Below are positions 1 to 9,900 of a DNA stretch of 64,000 nt, piece after piece. A program made the position numbers and the translations under genes. Source of the stretch: a virus. Each line of letters begins with the position of its first letter. Within the stretch, counting starts at the first letter, position 1. The notes beneath the pieces were generated by a model. That model did not search any database. It was given only the letters and a program-made list of their open reading frames with translations, and was not told the origin of the DNA. The stretch lies in IMG/VR virus record IMGVR_UViG_3300027969_000050, positions 76,267 to 140,266 of that record; one strand, 5' to 3'.

Positions 1-2
1 TT

Positions 3-449
3 ATCTCGTCGGACGAGATCGGAGTGGGCGTCGGTCGGCCTGAGGTCGTGAACGTCTCGCAAGTTGTTCTGGGACGCCAGCGAGAAAAAAATTATTCTGG
101 CTGCGGTCGCCACTGCGAGGACAGGCTGACTGACCTAAAGCGGATCACGGACGCGCTGCCTGATTACAGCTACGAGGACAGGATTGGCGAAATGGTGGCA
201 GCCGTCCAAACCGGAGGCTCAAAGACCACGCGCCATCGCAACCACCCCGCCGCTGTCTGCTCAGTCTGCGCCGACGCTGCTGGCCTGCTGGCGCTGAGGA
301 AGGCCTGCGAGTGTGACGATCACAAGTGGCAGGACAAGTACGGCTACCCCAACAACGTCTGCGAGTCCTGCGACGGCCTGACGCCTTGGAGGGCATACAC
401 CGAAGCCAGCCCGCACCATCAGCCAAGGCCAGAGCGCGTCAAGGTCTGA
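3..449 (+). CDS. Cys-rich hypothetical protein, probably 5'-truncated by the window edge
   Basis: Frame is open from the window edge; several CxxC pairs (CSVC, CESC). Confidence 0.4.
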   Translation: MSSDEIGVGVGRPEVVNVSQVVLGRQREKNYSGCGRHCEDRLTDLKRITDALPDYSYEDRIGEMVAAVQTGGSKTTRHRNHPAAVCSVCADAAGLLALRKACECDDHKWQDKYGYPNNVCESCDGLTPWRAYTEASPHHQPRPERVKV

Positions 450-450
450 G

Positions 451-474
451 TCCGTCCGACAGTGTTGCTATAAT
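451..474 (+). promoter_or_regulatory. Extended -10 promoter (TGcTATAAT) with upstream TCCGTCCGAC box
   Basis: tccgtccgacagtgttgctataat upstream of the Ku RBS (aggag); near-identical layout at 2387-2410. Confidence 0.6.
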
Positions 475-508
475 ACCCATTACAACCCAACCACAGGAGT
501 CAATCATT

Positions 509-1297
509 ATGGCCGTCAAGACCACCAACATCATTCTCGCAGGAACCACCGTTATCCCCGTGAAGCTGGACAAGGCTACGGAGAGCGGAACCGACGTCAA
601 GCTCAACCGCTGCTCGCCAGAAGGCAACGCGGTCAAGCAGACCTACCGCGATGAAGTCACAGGGCAGGTCTATGAGACCTCTGAGCTTCCCAAGGATCGT
701 CTGTACGACGGCCACCTGATCGGCGGCGATGATCTCGCTGAGATTGACGCCGAGTGTAAGATCGAGGATCTGGAGGCGTCCATCGTCCCGATTAGCTCGA
801 TCCCTTGGCACTACGCCAAAGGCACCTACTACATCTACCCTGATCCAAAGGCCAGCGCCGCCGTCAAAGGCATCTTTCACGCCTTTATGGAGGCAGCCCA
901 GAAGGAAAAGCGGGCGCTGCTCTGTAAGTGGACTCCCCGCAGCCGTCAGTCGGCTCTGGCGATCACCTTTGACGGCGAGAAGGCCGTAGCGGTCGAGATC
1001 GCTTTCGCCGGTGACGTTCGCAAGCCGAGCGACAACGCTGTGGAGTTCGCAGCCGAGAAGCCAGTCAAGGCCGTCGTGGACAAGGTGCGCGAAGTGCTAG
1101 TCGCCCTGACCGACGAGAACGCCTACGACGGTCTCAAAGACGAGGCCGTAGAGAAGCGTCGCTCGCTCGTGGAGAAGGTCGCCAGCGGCGAGAAGGTCGT
1201 CAGCACCAAGCCAGCCCGCAAGGCGGCAGACACGGCGACAGCGGTGGACTCCGTGATCGCAGATCTCGACGCGGCTCTGGCAGCCAAGGTGAAGTAG
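509..1297 (+). CDS. ku: Ku-like DNA end-binding protein
   Basis: Ku core motifs IPVKL.ATE, VKQTYRDEVTG, YYIYPD, KWTPRSRQ, GDVRKP; start moved to the ATG at 509 after AGGAG. Confidence 0.85.
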   Translation: MAVKTTNIILAGTTVIPVKLDKATESGTDVKLNRCSPEGNAVKQTYRDEVTGQVYETSELPKDRLYDGHLIGGDDLAEIDAECKIEDLEASIVPISSIPWHYAKGTYYIYPDPKASAAVKGIFHAFMEAAQKEKRALLCKWTPRSRQSALAITFDGEKAVAVEIAFAGDVRKPSDNAVEFAAEKPVKAVVDKVREVLVALTDENAYDGLKDEAVEKRRSLVEKVASGEKVVSTKPARKAADTATAVDSVIADLDAALAAKVK

Positions 1298-1334
1298 CGC
1301 AGCGCCTGATCCCTCAGACCGAGCAGCAAACCAG

Positions 1335-1358
1335 CGCCCCCGAAAGGGGGCGTTTGTC
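1335..1358 (+). terminator. Intrinsic terminator
   Basis: CGCCCCC-GAAA-GGGGGCG then TTTGT, just after the Ku stop. Confidence 0.75.
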
Positions 1359-1831
1359 GTTGTGCGACGATCCGCAAGTCGCCTAGCCAGAAGATCTGAC
1401 TGCGCCGTTAGGACGAATAAAAAATAATTCTCGAGCCTTGCCAAACCGCTCTGGCCCGAAAACTCAGCAAAGGCGGGCTTAAAAATTAGCCGGTCTTCTT
1501 CAGCGGCAGGAAAAAATAATTTCCAACCTGACGGATTCGCAACTTTGCGTTAGGGGTCAGTCGTTGTCCCTGAGCCAAGGGAAGTCGAAGCGGTCGTGGA
1601 GCATCAAACCGAGACCGACGACAGTGAGACCGACGCCAACCAAGCCGTGATGAACCCTCGCGCCGAGAACCCAAACCCGCTGGGCTTGCCGATCCCAGAC
1701 AATCACTGCGACCTCTTGCGTCTAGCCCACAAGAAATAAAAATAATTTGTGTGCCGGTTCCCAGTTGTCCCAGTCGTCCCTGTCGTGCCGGTCACTCCAG
1801 TTGTTCCCGTCCCAGTCATCGAAATAAAAAA

Positions 1832-2065
1832 TTACGCTGCTATCGGCGCCGGACGAGGAGGAACATCAACCGAGAAACCTTTGTCTAGTTCCAACTGACG
1901 GATCCCACGCCTGTCAGCTTCCCCTACAAAGGCCGTCCAAGCCGCTTTACGAGCGCCAATCGTGAACAAGATGACAGTCCAGCCGTCCTCTTGGCTGATC
2001 CTGTGTATCTGAGTGTGTCGGTACCCACAACTAGCGAGAAAGTCTGCGGCGTCGAAGTCGGTCAT
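1832..2065 (-). CDS. Hypothetical protein
   Basis: 77-aa ORF with ATG start; no recognisable motif. Confidence 0.4.
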   Translation of the reverse strand: MTDFDAADFLASCGYRHTQIHRISQEDGWTVILFTIGARKAAWTAFVGEADRRGIRQLELDKGFSVDVPPRPAPIAA

Positions 2066-2110
2066 CGTACTGCTTACGGGTAAGAAAAAATAAATAAGAG
2101 AGTCCCACCC

Positions 2111-2139
2111 TTGACATCGACCTCCAAACCGCGCATAAT
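2111..2139 (+). promoter_or_regulatory. Sigma70/SigA-type promoter
   Basis: TTGACA-17 nt-CATAAT. Confidence 0.7.
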
Positions 2140-2178
2140 AATCGAGGCTATCCTGCCCGCCACATTAGGAGATCAGTA

Positions 2179-2331
2179 ATGAACCTCGTAGATAGTGTTC
2201 ACGGTCGAGTGGATCCCTGCCGACTACCTGAGCTAGATGCTGCCGCTGCTAAGGAAGGGCGGCCAACCACACCGATCTATCAGGCGATGCTTCGCTGGAA
2301 AGAACAGCAGCAAGCCGCTAAGAAAAAATAA
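2179..2331 (+). CDS. Small hypothetical protein (50 aa, not in ORF track)
   Basis: AGGAGA RBS, ATG, MNLVDSVHGRVDPC...AAKKK*, downstream of the TTGACA promoter. Confidence 0.6.
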   Translation: MNLVDSVHGRVDPCRLPELDAAAAKEGRPTTPIYQAMLRWKEQQQAAKKK

Positions 2332-2386
2332 TAATCATACACTCATCGTCATCCCGACCTGAGTGGGAAATAACTTTGCCCGTCGT

Positions 2387-2410
2387 TCCGTCCGACCTCT
2401 TTGCTATACT
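2387..2410 (+). promoter_or_regulatory. Extended -10 promoter (TGcTATACT) with TCCGTCCGAC box
   Basis: tccgtccgacctctttgctatact upstream of AGGAGG RBS and ATG 2442. Confidence 0.6.
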
Positions 2411-2441
2411 GTGACTCACAGCAACTATCAGGAGGATTACG

Positions 2442-2675
2442 ATGTACCTAGTGACGATGAAGGACGGAAGCACAGAGCAGATCAAGTTCTTTGACGGCGG
2501 CGGCTGCTTCATTGGCGGCGGCGGCTACAACGTTGCCTGCTACGACGAGCAGGGCAACTTCTGTGAGATTCCACAGGCCGAGATCCTTTCGGTCGTGGAC
2601 GAGAGCGGCGAGGTCTATACCGACTTCGGCAACAACCTCTTTGACGGACACCCTTACCCAAAGGCGGTGGCGTAA
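2442..2675 (+). CDS. Hypothetical early protein
   Basis: AGGAGG RBS; TAATG overlap with the next gene. Confidence 0.75.
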   Translation: MYLVTMKDGSTEQIKFFDGGGCFIGGGGYNVACYDEQGNFCEIPQAEILSVVDESGEVYTDFGNNLFDGHPYPKAVA

Positions 2676-3292
2676 TGAGCCATCTATGGAGCAAGGTCGA
2701 GATCGACAACGAACACGAGCAGAATTATTACAAAAACCGGTGGAAGTTGGAAGGCAGCCCTTTCACGATTGACCAGCGAAAGGACGTTGGTACTTGGCGG
2801 GCTGTTGCCGGTTCGCGCTCACAGCTTTACGGCAGTAGCGCCCGTTACTTTGGCGTCGCGTCGCTTGACAGCACGACACTCAAAGCCGCTCAAAAAGAGG
2901 TCGAGATCGTAGTTGAGCAGAGCTTCTTTCGCGCTCACAGCGGTCTCTGGAACCGAGGCCTTCTGACGACGGCTCAGTGGGATCCAGCGGCGCAGGAATA
3001 CAGCGAGATCGAAAACTTCTTGCGGCCTGTTAAGGTCGGTCGCGGAAGCAAGAAATGGCATCTAGTGGCACGAGACGGCTACGAGGACGACAGCGGCTTT
3101 CAGCGCTTCACTCTCTGCGGCTACGAGTGCGAGAGCGAAGTCAAGCAGCAGGACGAGCTTGCGGCTGCCCTAAAGGACACTGGATACAGCCTCGATCAAG
3201 ACCTAGCCCGACACGAGCTAGGAAACATCTGCTCTAAGTGCGCCGACGCCAATGGGCTTATCGTTATCAAGCAAGAGGAAGTGGTCGTATGA
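2675..3292 (+). CDS. Hypothetical protein with Zn-binding C-terminal domain
   Basis: KWHLV...LCG.EC...ICSKC; domain shared with 3453..3773. Confidence 0.75.
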   Translation: MSHLWSKVEIDNEHEQNYYKNRWKLEGSPFTIDQRKDVGTWRAVAGSRSQLYGSSARYFGVASLDSTTLKAAQKEVEIVVEQSFFRAHSGLWNRGLLTTAQWDPAAQEYSEIENFLRPVKVGRGSKKWHLVARDGYEDDSGFQRFTLCGYECESEVKQQDELAAALKDTGYSLDQDLARHELGNICSKCADANGLIVIKQEEVVV

Positions 3293-3453
3293 CCTGTCCA
3301 GAGTGCGAACACGACGAAGTAATCGAGAGCGAGGTCGAGAGCGACCTGTGCGAGTGCCTGATCTGTGGCCTTGAGTTCGCCCTCAAACCGGCGTCGCCGG
3401 ACAATGACAACGGCTGGGTAACGGCTGCCCCTACTGTCTGGGTAGGCTCGTAA
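3289..3453 (+). CDS. Small zinc-ribbon protein
   Basis: MTCPEC...CLICG; ATGA overlap with the previous gene. Confidence 0.65.
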   Translation: MTCPECEHDEVIESEVESDLCECLICGLEFALKPASPDNDNGWVTAAPTVWVGS

Positions 3454-3773
3454 TGACCTTCATCTTTGGAAAGTCAGAGCGTGGCTTTGGATGCGACACT
3501 CCGGTTAGGCTGAGGCCTGTCAAACCGGACGGCAGCCGGAAGTGGCATCTAGTTGTGGAGGACGAGGACGGCACAGCGGCCAGCGGCGCGGCCAGACGAT
3601 CCATCTGCGGCGTGAATTGTAACCAAAACGGGGAGATCCAACGTCAGGAGGAATTGGCCGATTCGCTTAGGCACACCGGCTACCTGCTCAGCGAGGATCT
3701 CAGCAGGATCCCGCCAAAACAGATCTGTGCGAGTTGTGTTGGCAGAGAAGGCGTAAAAGTGGAGGCCGAATGA
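3453..3773 (+). CDS. Hypothetical Zn-binding protein, paralog of the 2675..3292 C-terminus
   Basis: RPVK..GSRKWHLV...ICG..C...TGY.L..DL.R...ICASC. Confidence 0.7.
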   Translation: MTFIFGKSERGFGCDTPVRLRPVKPDGSRKWHLVVEDEDGTAASGAARRSICGVNCNQNGEIQRQEELADSLRHTGYLLSEDLSRIPPKQICASCVGREGVKVEAE

Positions 3774-3976
3774 CCAAGCGAAAACTACGAGCCGAAAACC
3801 GACGCTACAGAGACGCCCTAGAGGGCATACAGACGATTGCCGACCTTGCCCTTCACGGAGACGAGGACGGCGGTCAGACGCTCTCTATTGACCTCACAGA
3901 GGGTATGGAGGGCATCGAAGCAATCAGCGACCACGCCTTACGCGGCGACAACCCAAGAGAGAAAGCAGACCAATGA
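3770..3976 (+). CDS. Hypothetical protein
   Basis: GGAGG RBS and ATGA coupling. Confidence 0.65.
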   Translation: MTKRKLRAENRRYRDALEGIQTIADLALHGDEDGGQTLSIDLTEGMEGIEAISDHALRGDNPREKADQ

Positions 3977-4326
3977 TCTACCGAACAAGGCGATCAGCCT
4001 TTATGGTGCCAACCCTTCTGAGGCTTGCTCAGGAGTACGACAAGCAAGACTGTAAGCTGGTAGGGCGCAACCCTGACCCGCTGGAGCCTCAGTACCTAAT
4101 CGAGTTTGCCGACGGCCATCAAGGCGCGGCTCACGAATTGGAGTTGTTCACAGACATTAACGATGTCGGATACTCCGAGTTTGATTACCTGTCCTCGCTC
4201 GCGCCTTCTGAGGCAAAAGAGACGACGGGCAAAAAGATCAAGACAACCAAAACAAAGGTCAAAGCCATCAAACCGACCAAAGAAAAAACTGTGGCCGAGA
4301 CACTGACGGAAAGGACAGCACGATGA
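3973..4326 (+). CDS. Hypothetical protein
   Basis: ATGA-coupled; Lys/Thr-rich tail. Confidence 0.65.
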   Translation: MIYRTRRSAFMVPTLLRLAQEYDKQDCKLVGRNPDPLEPQYLIEFADGHQGAAHELELFTDINDVGYSEFDYLSSLAPSEAKETTGKKIKTTKTKVKAIKPTKEKTVAETLTERTAR

Positions 4327-4583
4327 TTGACGGAGCTTACGCAATGGGAAGGCGTCACGCTTTAGAGCGCGGGCCAAAAACGCAGGCAGGCATTGAGTCA
4401 ATCCAAGGACTCAACGAGATCGAATACCTCGACTACCTTCGGGGAGTCAAGTCTGGCCTCAACGAGATCGTTAGCAACGCCGCCGGAATCGGTGAGCAAA
4501 AAATAATTGCTACCAAGATCCACGACCTCCCTTACCCAAACGAGATCATTCATACCGAGTTCATAGGTGAGGACAATGATTAA
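4323..4583 (+). CDS. Hypothetical protein
   Basis: AGGA RBS; ATGA-coupled. Confidence 0.6.
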   Translation: MIDGAYAMGRRHALERGPKTQAGIESIQGLNEIEYLDYLRGVKSGLNEIVSNAAGIGEQKIIATKIHDLPYPNEIIHTEFIGEDND

Positions 4584-5046
4584 GACAGGCGTCGTCCACG
4601 AAGGTCTAGAGATCTACCTGTCCAACCACGCCAACGAGAGAGTCGTGGAGCGCGTCTATGGCGGCACCACCCGCAATGTGATCGCGCTGACCTGCGCCTT
4701 GATCGAAGGCTCAACCATCAGCGTCGCCCAGCCGGACTTTCTCGACTCAGAGAGTCACAGCAGAGACGGCACCCCAAGCTGTTGGCTAGTTCACGACAAG
4801 GCTGGAGTTCAGTTTGCGATGCCCCTTCACTATTTGGAGGTGAGAGGGAGGCAGTCGTTATGCGCCACAACCTGTCTCATTCCGTCCTACAAATCACGCA
4901 GACCTAAGGAAGCCAAGGCAAGCAAAAAGACAAAGCTGCGAAAGCACAAGATCGGTGGGCGTGGCAATGCCCCGATTTCATCACCAAACCGCATAGCCGG
5001 ACGTAGCGCCGCAGCAAAGACGACGATAACGTGGCGGCAAGACTAG
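4576..5046 (+). CDS. Hypothetical protein
   Basis: GAGGA RBS; LSNHANERVVER helix; basic tail. Confidence 0.6.
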   Translation: MIKTGVVHEGLEIYLSNHANERVVERVYGGTTRNVIALTCALIEGSTISVAQPDFLDSESHSRDGTPSCWLVHDKAGVQFAMPLHYLEVRGRQSLCATTCLIPSYKSRRPKEAKASKKTKLRKHKIGGRGNAPISSPNRIAGRSAAAKTTITWRQD

Positions 5047-5115
5047 CTGAGAGGCCGTTAGGGACGTTCTAAGCGCCTCTCAGGAGGTACAAACGGACAA
5101 GGAAGGTGGGAAGGT

Positions 5116-5352
5116 ATGACCTATGAGGAAAGAGACACGTCGGTACGGATTGTTACCGAGACCGGCGCATCTTGGGAGGATGTGCCATCGGTTGAAACGT
5201 TGGCTAGGCTAATCGTTCTCGCCACTTATGCGAAACCAGATCAAGGGGTTTGGAGGGCGATTGACCTATGGGATTTGTCGCGGCGAGTTGCGGCGCTACT
5301 ACCTGACGCTGACGTTACGGCGGCTGTGGCTTTAGCAAAGATAGAATGGTAA
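5116..5352 (+). CDS. Hypothetical protein
   Basis: Purine-rich RBS; last plus-strand gene before the terminator. Confidence 0.55.
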   Translation: MTYEERDTSVRIVTETGASWEDVPSVETLARLIVLATYAKPDQGVWRAIDLWDLSRRVAALLPDADVTAAVALAKIEW

Positions 5353-5362
5353 GTTAAGTCCC

Positions 5363-5409
5363 ACAAACGGAAGGCTAAACCGACCGCTCAGGCGGTCGTT
5401 TCCGTTTGT
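5363..5409. terminator. Long hairpin between convergent transcription units
   Basis: ACAAACGGAA...CGACCGC-TCAG-GCGGTCG-TTTCCGTTTGT. Confidence 0.65.
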
Positions 5410-5508
5410 CTCTCCAAACCGCGATTTCATCACGCACCAAACCGCGAACAAAGAGCGCTGGAAGCAACGCCCAGAAAACGATCTCCGTTATCTCGTGGCC
5501 GCGAAACT

Positions 5509-6969
5509 TCACAAACCGCTTTCTTTCCAGTCGAACACGCCTGACGTTCTTCCCAAAGCCAAATTGAGAAGTTTGTCTCGTTCGTTGATCGAAGGATCGC
5601 CAATCACCTGACCCATAAGGCTCTCAAGAATTTGTCCGATCTCTGGGCCTCGAGGAACGCCAGCCTCAATTAAATCTTGGCCGTTGATTGCCAACTGAGA
5701 AAGATCAGTCGGCTGCTGCTGCTGGCGCACTTGATCCACAAGGCCGCGCTGAACCTCGTACTCGTTGTCATCAAACGCATCTTGCCCTTCGCCCTTCGCC
5801 GCTTGATCAGCCCAGCGCAGGTTCAGCAGATCATCTGCGTGCGGCTCGACCCGATTTAAAAATTTTCTTGCGCCCTTCTCCGAGTCAAACGGGGCAAACA
5901 TATGGTGCTTTACGAGGTCCGAAACCCGATCAGTCCTGTCCTTCGGGTACCTCAAACGGGTCATTGCGTCCCTAGTCATTTCCTCACCGACGAGTTCGTG
6001 TTGCTGACCTATTGTGCTTCCGTCAGGCAGGCGCTTCTGGTAGTAATGGTTTGTTCCTCGCTCTGGATTCACCCAAGCGGATGCGGGCTTGCCAATATCG
6101 TGGAGCAAACCGGCCAAACGGGCATCTGGGTCATCAGTTTTCTGACTGATTCGGTCAAGCACGTCAAGCATATGCTCGCCAAGTTCTAAAGCGTGGTGCG
6201 GATTGTTCTGGTCGTAGCCGAACGTTGCATCGACCTCAGGCAAAATATATTTAAGTACGCCGCTGTCGTGGGCCAAACGGATGGCGCCGACTGGGTCGTC
6301 CGAAGAAAAAATTTTATCCAGCTCTGCTTGCACTCTTTCGGCTGGGAGATGTTGGAGGCTTGCTGCCGCCTCAGCCATTTGGGCAATCGTTCCCTCGTCA
6401 GGGTGAAGGCCATGCCGACCCTTAGCCACAAGCGCCCTAGCAACCCTGAGCGGATCCTCGCTTAGCGACTGGTCGTGGATTGTTCTTAGTCGCCCACCTG
6501 CGATGTCCTCAGCGCCATTGTGCGGATCAATAAGTTCGCCCGTTCCTAGATTGACGGCCATCGCATTCGCTGTGAAGTCACGCCTCAAAAGATCTTCTTC
6601 AGGCGAAAGGGTGTGGTCGGCATCAACAGAAAAATCCGTGTGCTTGTCGCCAGTTGACTGTTCGTGGCGAGGCAGCGCGATCTCGACCTCCTCACCGCCC
6701 TGCTTGTAACGAAAGACGCCAAAATCTTTTCCTGTGTAATCAATGTCTCCACCCAGTGGAGCTAAAACCGAATCAATATTTTCTTTTGGAATACCAGAGA
6801 CCATGAGGTCAATGTCCTTCGGGGTCTTGCCCATGATCGTGTCCCGGACCGCGCCTCCAACTGCGTAAACCTGCCCACCAGCAGCCATAAGCGCTTCAAC
6901 AACGGGCTGAATAACAGGATTGCTTGCGACAATTTGCCTTACCGACTGTCCCACATTGTCCTCAGCGGC
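5509..6969 (-). other. cca: CCA-adding enzyme/HD domain of the giant ORF
   Basis: All class II nucleotidyltransferase signature motifs present; flexible loop (PRHEQSTGDKHTDF) retained; LAINGQDL...GPEIG tail. Confidence 0.88.
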
Positions 6970-9900
6970 TCCGAAGTGAAACTCGTCTCCGCCCTGACCT
7001 CGCGCCCTTCCACGGAGGCCTCCGCCCGGTTGTAGGTCCGGCTGACCCAAGGCGCGATTGATCATTTCCACCTGATCGGGGGTTGGGTTTCCATAAAAAC
7101 TGATCTTCTGATCCTCTCTTGGCGGACCCGAGGCGTGACTATTCGGGGGCCAAGTTACTCGACCACTGAGAAAGGTTCCTTCCTGAAGGGCTTTCATCCA
7201 GAAAGTGATTGCGCTGGCGCCATCCCCATTCAAAAATTTATTTCTGAATTCGGAATCCTGCGAGAGCATCTCGTAGTGATAGCCACCGGGCGGTCCAAAA
7301 TAAACGGCGTTGTCCTCCGGGAGATAGAACCAAGGGGCGTCTAGTTCAGGACTCTTGTGAACTTCGTTGGGCTGGAACTTGATGTAAACGACTTTTGGAG
7401 GATTCAGTTCGTCAAATGCCCCGAAACGAAAATCTTCTTCTTGCTCATCCAGAACCTCATCCGCAGGAAAAATATTTCTTAGGGCGTCGTTGACTCCCGG
7501 AGCCGGTTCCGTCAGACCTTGATTGTCGGAGTTTGGAAACGAATCTTCCCAACTAAAATTACCTGAATTTTGCCAATACTCGCCTCTGCAAGGATCGCCC
7601 GCCGCAATCAAATTTTCTCCAACGTTCTCAGAGAGTCCCATAGGACGACCCACCCTTGGAATATCAAACTCGTTTATAAGGTCCTCGTGATACTGACCGC
7701 GAAGGCCAACGTAAAGCGCATTGGCGGAAGGCCAATAGATAAACGGAATTCGGTTTTCGTGGTAGTCCATTCCTTTCCTATTGTGTTCTTCATTCTGAGA
7801 TATGAAAACCGTGACGCCTTGCCTAGTTCTATAGGTGCCAGCGGCTCCGAAACGGAAGCCCTCATCTTCTTGAGCCGGATCAGAAAAAATATTTATTAGC
7901 GCGTCGTTGAGTCCTGCTTCTGGTTCGGTGCCTTCATCGTTGAACCACTGAAGGGAGTCGTAGCTTGGTGGAATAAAACTTCCGTCACCCGGAACGCGGC
8001 GCCAATACTCGCCGTGTGTGTCAGGCCCAAAACCGCCGCGTAAATCGAAATCGGCTTCCGTCCAAGCCCCCCGAATGTCGAATTCTTCTACAAGGTCGTC
8101 GTGATACTGGCCAAAGACGCCAACATAGAGCGCGTTATTGACAGGGCAATAAATAAATGGCGCCCTGTCCTTGTTGAAAACCCTATGTTCATCTGGATCT
8201 TGTGATATCAAAACATCGGTGCCAAACTCAGTGGCCGCCCCGAAATGAAAGTCTTCAGGGCTTTCGCTTTGCCTCAAATCATCTAGATCAGCAAGCGGAT
8301 AGTCGGGCAAACCAAGCGCTTCGCAGATGGCTGGAGCCAATGCCGCCGCCTCTGGGTTATTGGGATCAACAAAGTCGGGCATCAGGCGGTCAAACCTCGT
8401 CCAAAAAGAAAATCTTGGCGCGTCCTCGAGTCCGGCCTCCCTAAGAGCTTTTTCAATGATCACATGATGGATGTCGGGAACCGAGCCAATCCAAATTTGT
8501 CCCTGCTCAGGCAAAACAATTAGGGAGTAGCCTCCAAGCTCATCTCCTTCCCTAGGAATAATTATTCCTTTGTTCGCACGGCCCGTGCCGACAACTCGAC
8601 CATCATCATCAAGCCAAACGGGAGTTAATTCTGTCGAGGATCCAAAGTGGAATTCTGAGGCTCCTCCGCCAACAAGGCCATTCAAAGCAGTAATCATTTC
8701 CGCTTGGACGCTTTCGGGGACTCGGCTGCCATAAAACACCAAGTCATTTGGCGGCGAGAACCTTCCAAAGAAATCATAAGACCCGTACTGATTGACGACG
8801 CCTCTAGGAAGCTTATTTGTCATTTCGTTATGAAAGCCGTCTTCCCTTCCAATAGCAATGCTCCATCCATCGTGCCGCGTCGCGTCAGGGTTCATCTCGA
8901 GATAGCGCCGTTCTTCTTCGGCTGGGACGCCGAACCGCTCTTCGATGTTTATGTCTAGGGTTCCTTCGTCCCAAGCAACAACAGGGTAAAGCTTGTCCAT
9001 ACCTGCACTCGGATAAGGGGTACTCTCCAAATATTCTCCGTGGCTTGGATAATCGGGATCCGCCTTGGCGCCCCTGAGGTCAAGCAGCTCGACATGGCTT
9101 AAGATGGCTCGAGATTTTTTCTTTGCGCCCTCATCATCTCCTTGGCCTTCTTCGCTAAGATTTTTTAATTCTGAGATGTCGGTTGGCTCTTCAGGAATGA
9201 TCATTGGTCCGCCCATTGATTTGGGGCAAGGACCGGGCTTGTGATTGAAGCCGCATTCCTCACAGGCACCAAATTTTAAATCCTCTTCGTCAAGCTCAAC
9301 ACGCACTTGTTCGCTCTTACGACGGAACTTATCAAGCACCTTTTGGATGCGCGAAGTTGACTTTTTTCCTCCAGAGAGAAAATCGGAGTTCCGGATACCA
9401 CTTTCATTTTCATTTTCGAACGAATTCACCCAGTTTCTAAGGATATTTGCGAAGATCGGGGCGTCAAGTTCATCATCTTTGGCAAATGCGTTTGCCTGAC
9501 TATCGGCAGGTTGGGCAGGTTGCGTATCAGAGAAGGAAAAGTCAGGATCCCCAAGGAAATGATCAACAATTCCCTCGCCTCCTTGCGGATCAAACGCCTC
9601 CCAGCCTGTTCCAAAGGGCTTGTTGTCTGCTCCGAACTTAAAATCTTCTTGCTCCCACTGCTGGCTAATGTCAAGATTGTCGATAAAGGCCTTGATATTA
9701 GAGGGGATCGGCTGTTCATCATAAGGCGGGCGCATCCAATCAACCGGACCAAATTGACTTTTCCTTCCTTCCCACGCAGCTCCGTCGATTGCGCCCAAAG
9801 TCAAATGCGAGTCCCAAGTGGTTCCAACTTGAACCGTGTTGCTTTTTGGCCAATAAATAATCGGACAGTCGCCTCGAGGATCGGGCGCACCGCCGCCGGT

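Noticed and set aside
326-508. N-terminal extension of Ku in the ORF track
   Set aside because: The promoter and RBS lie inside it; the ATG at 509 is the better start.
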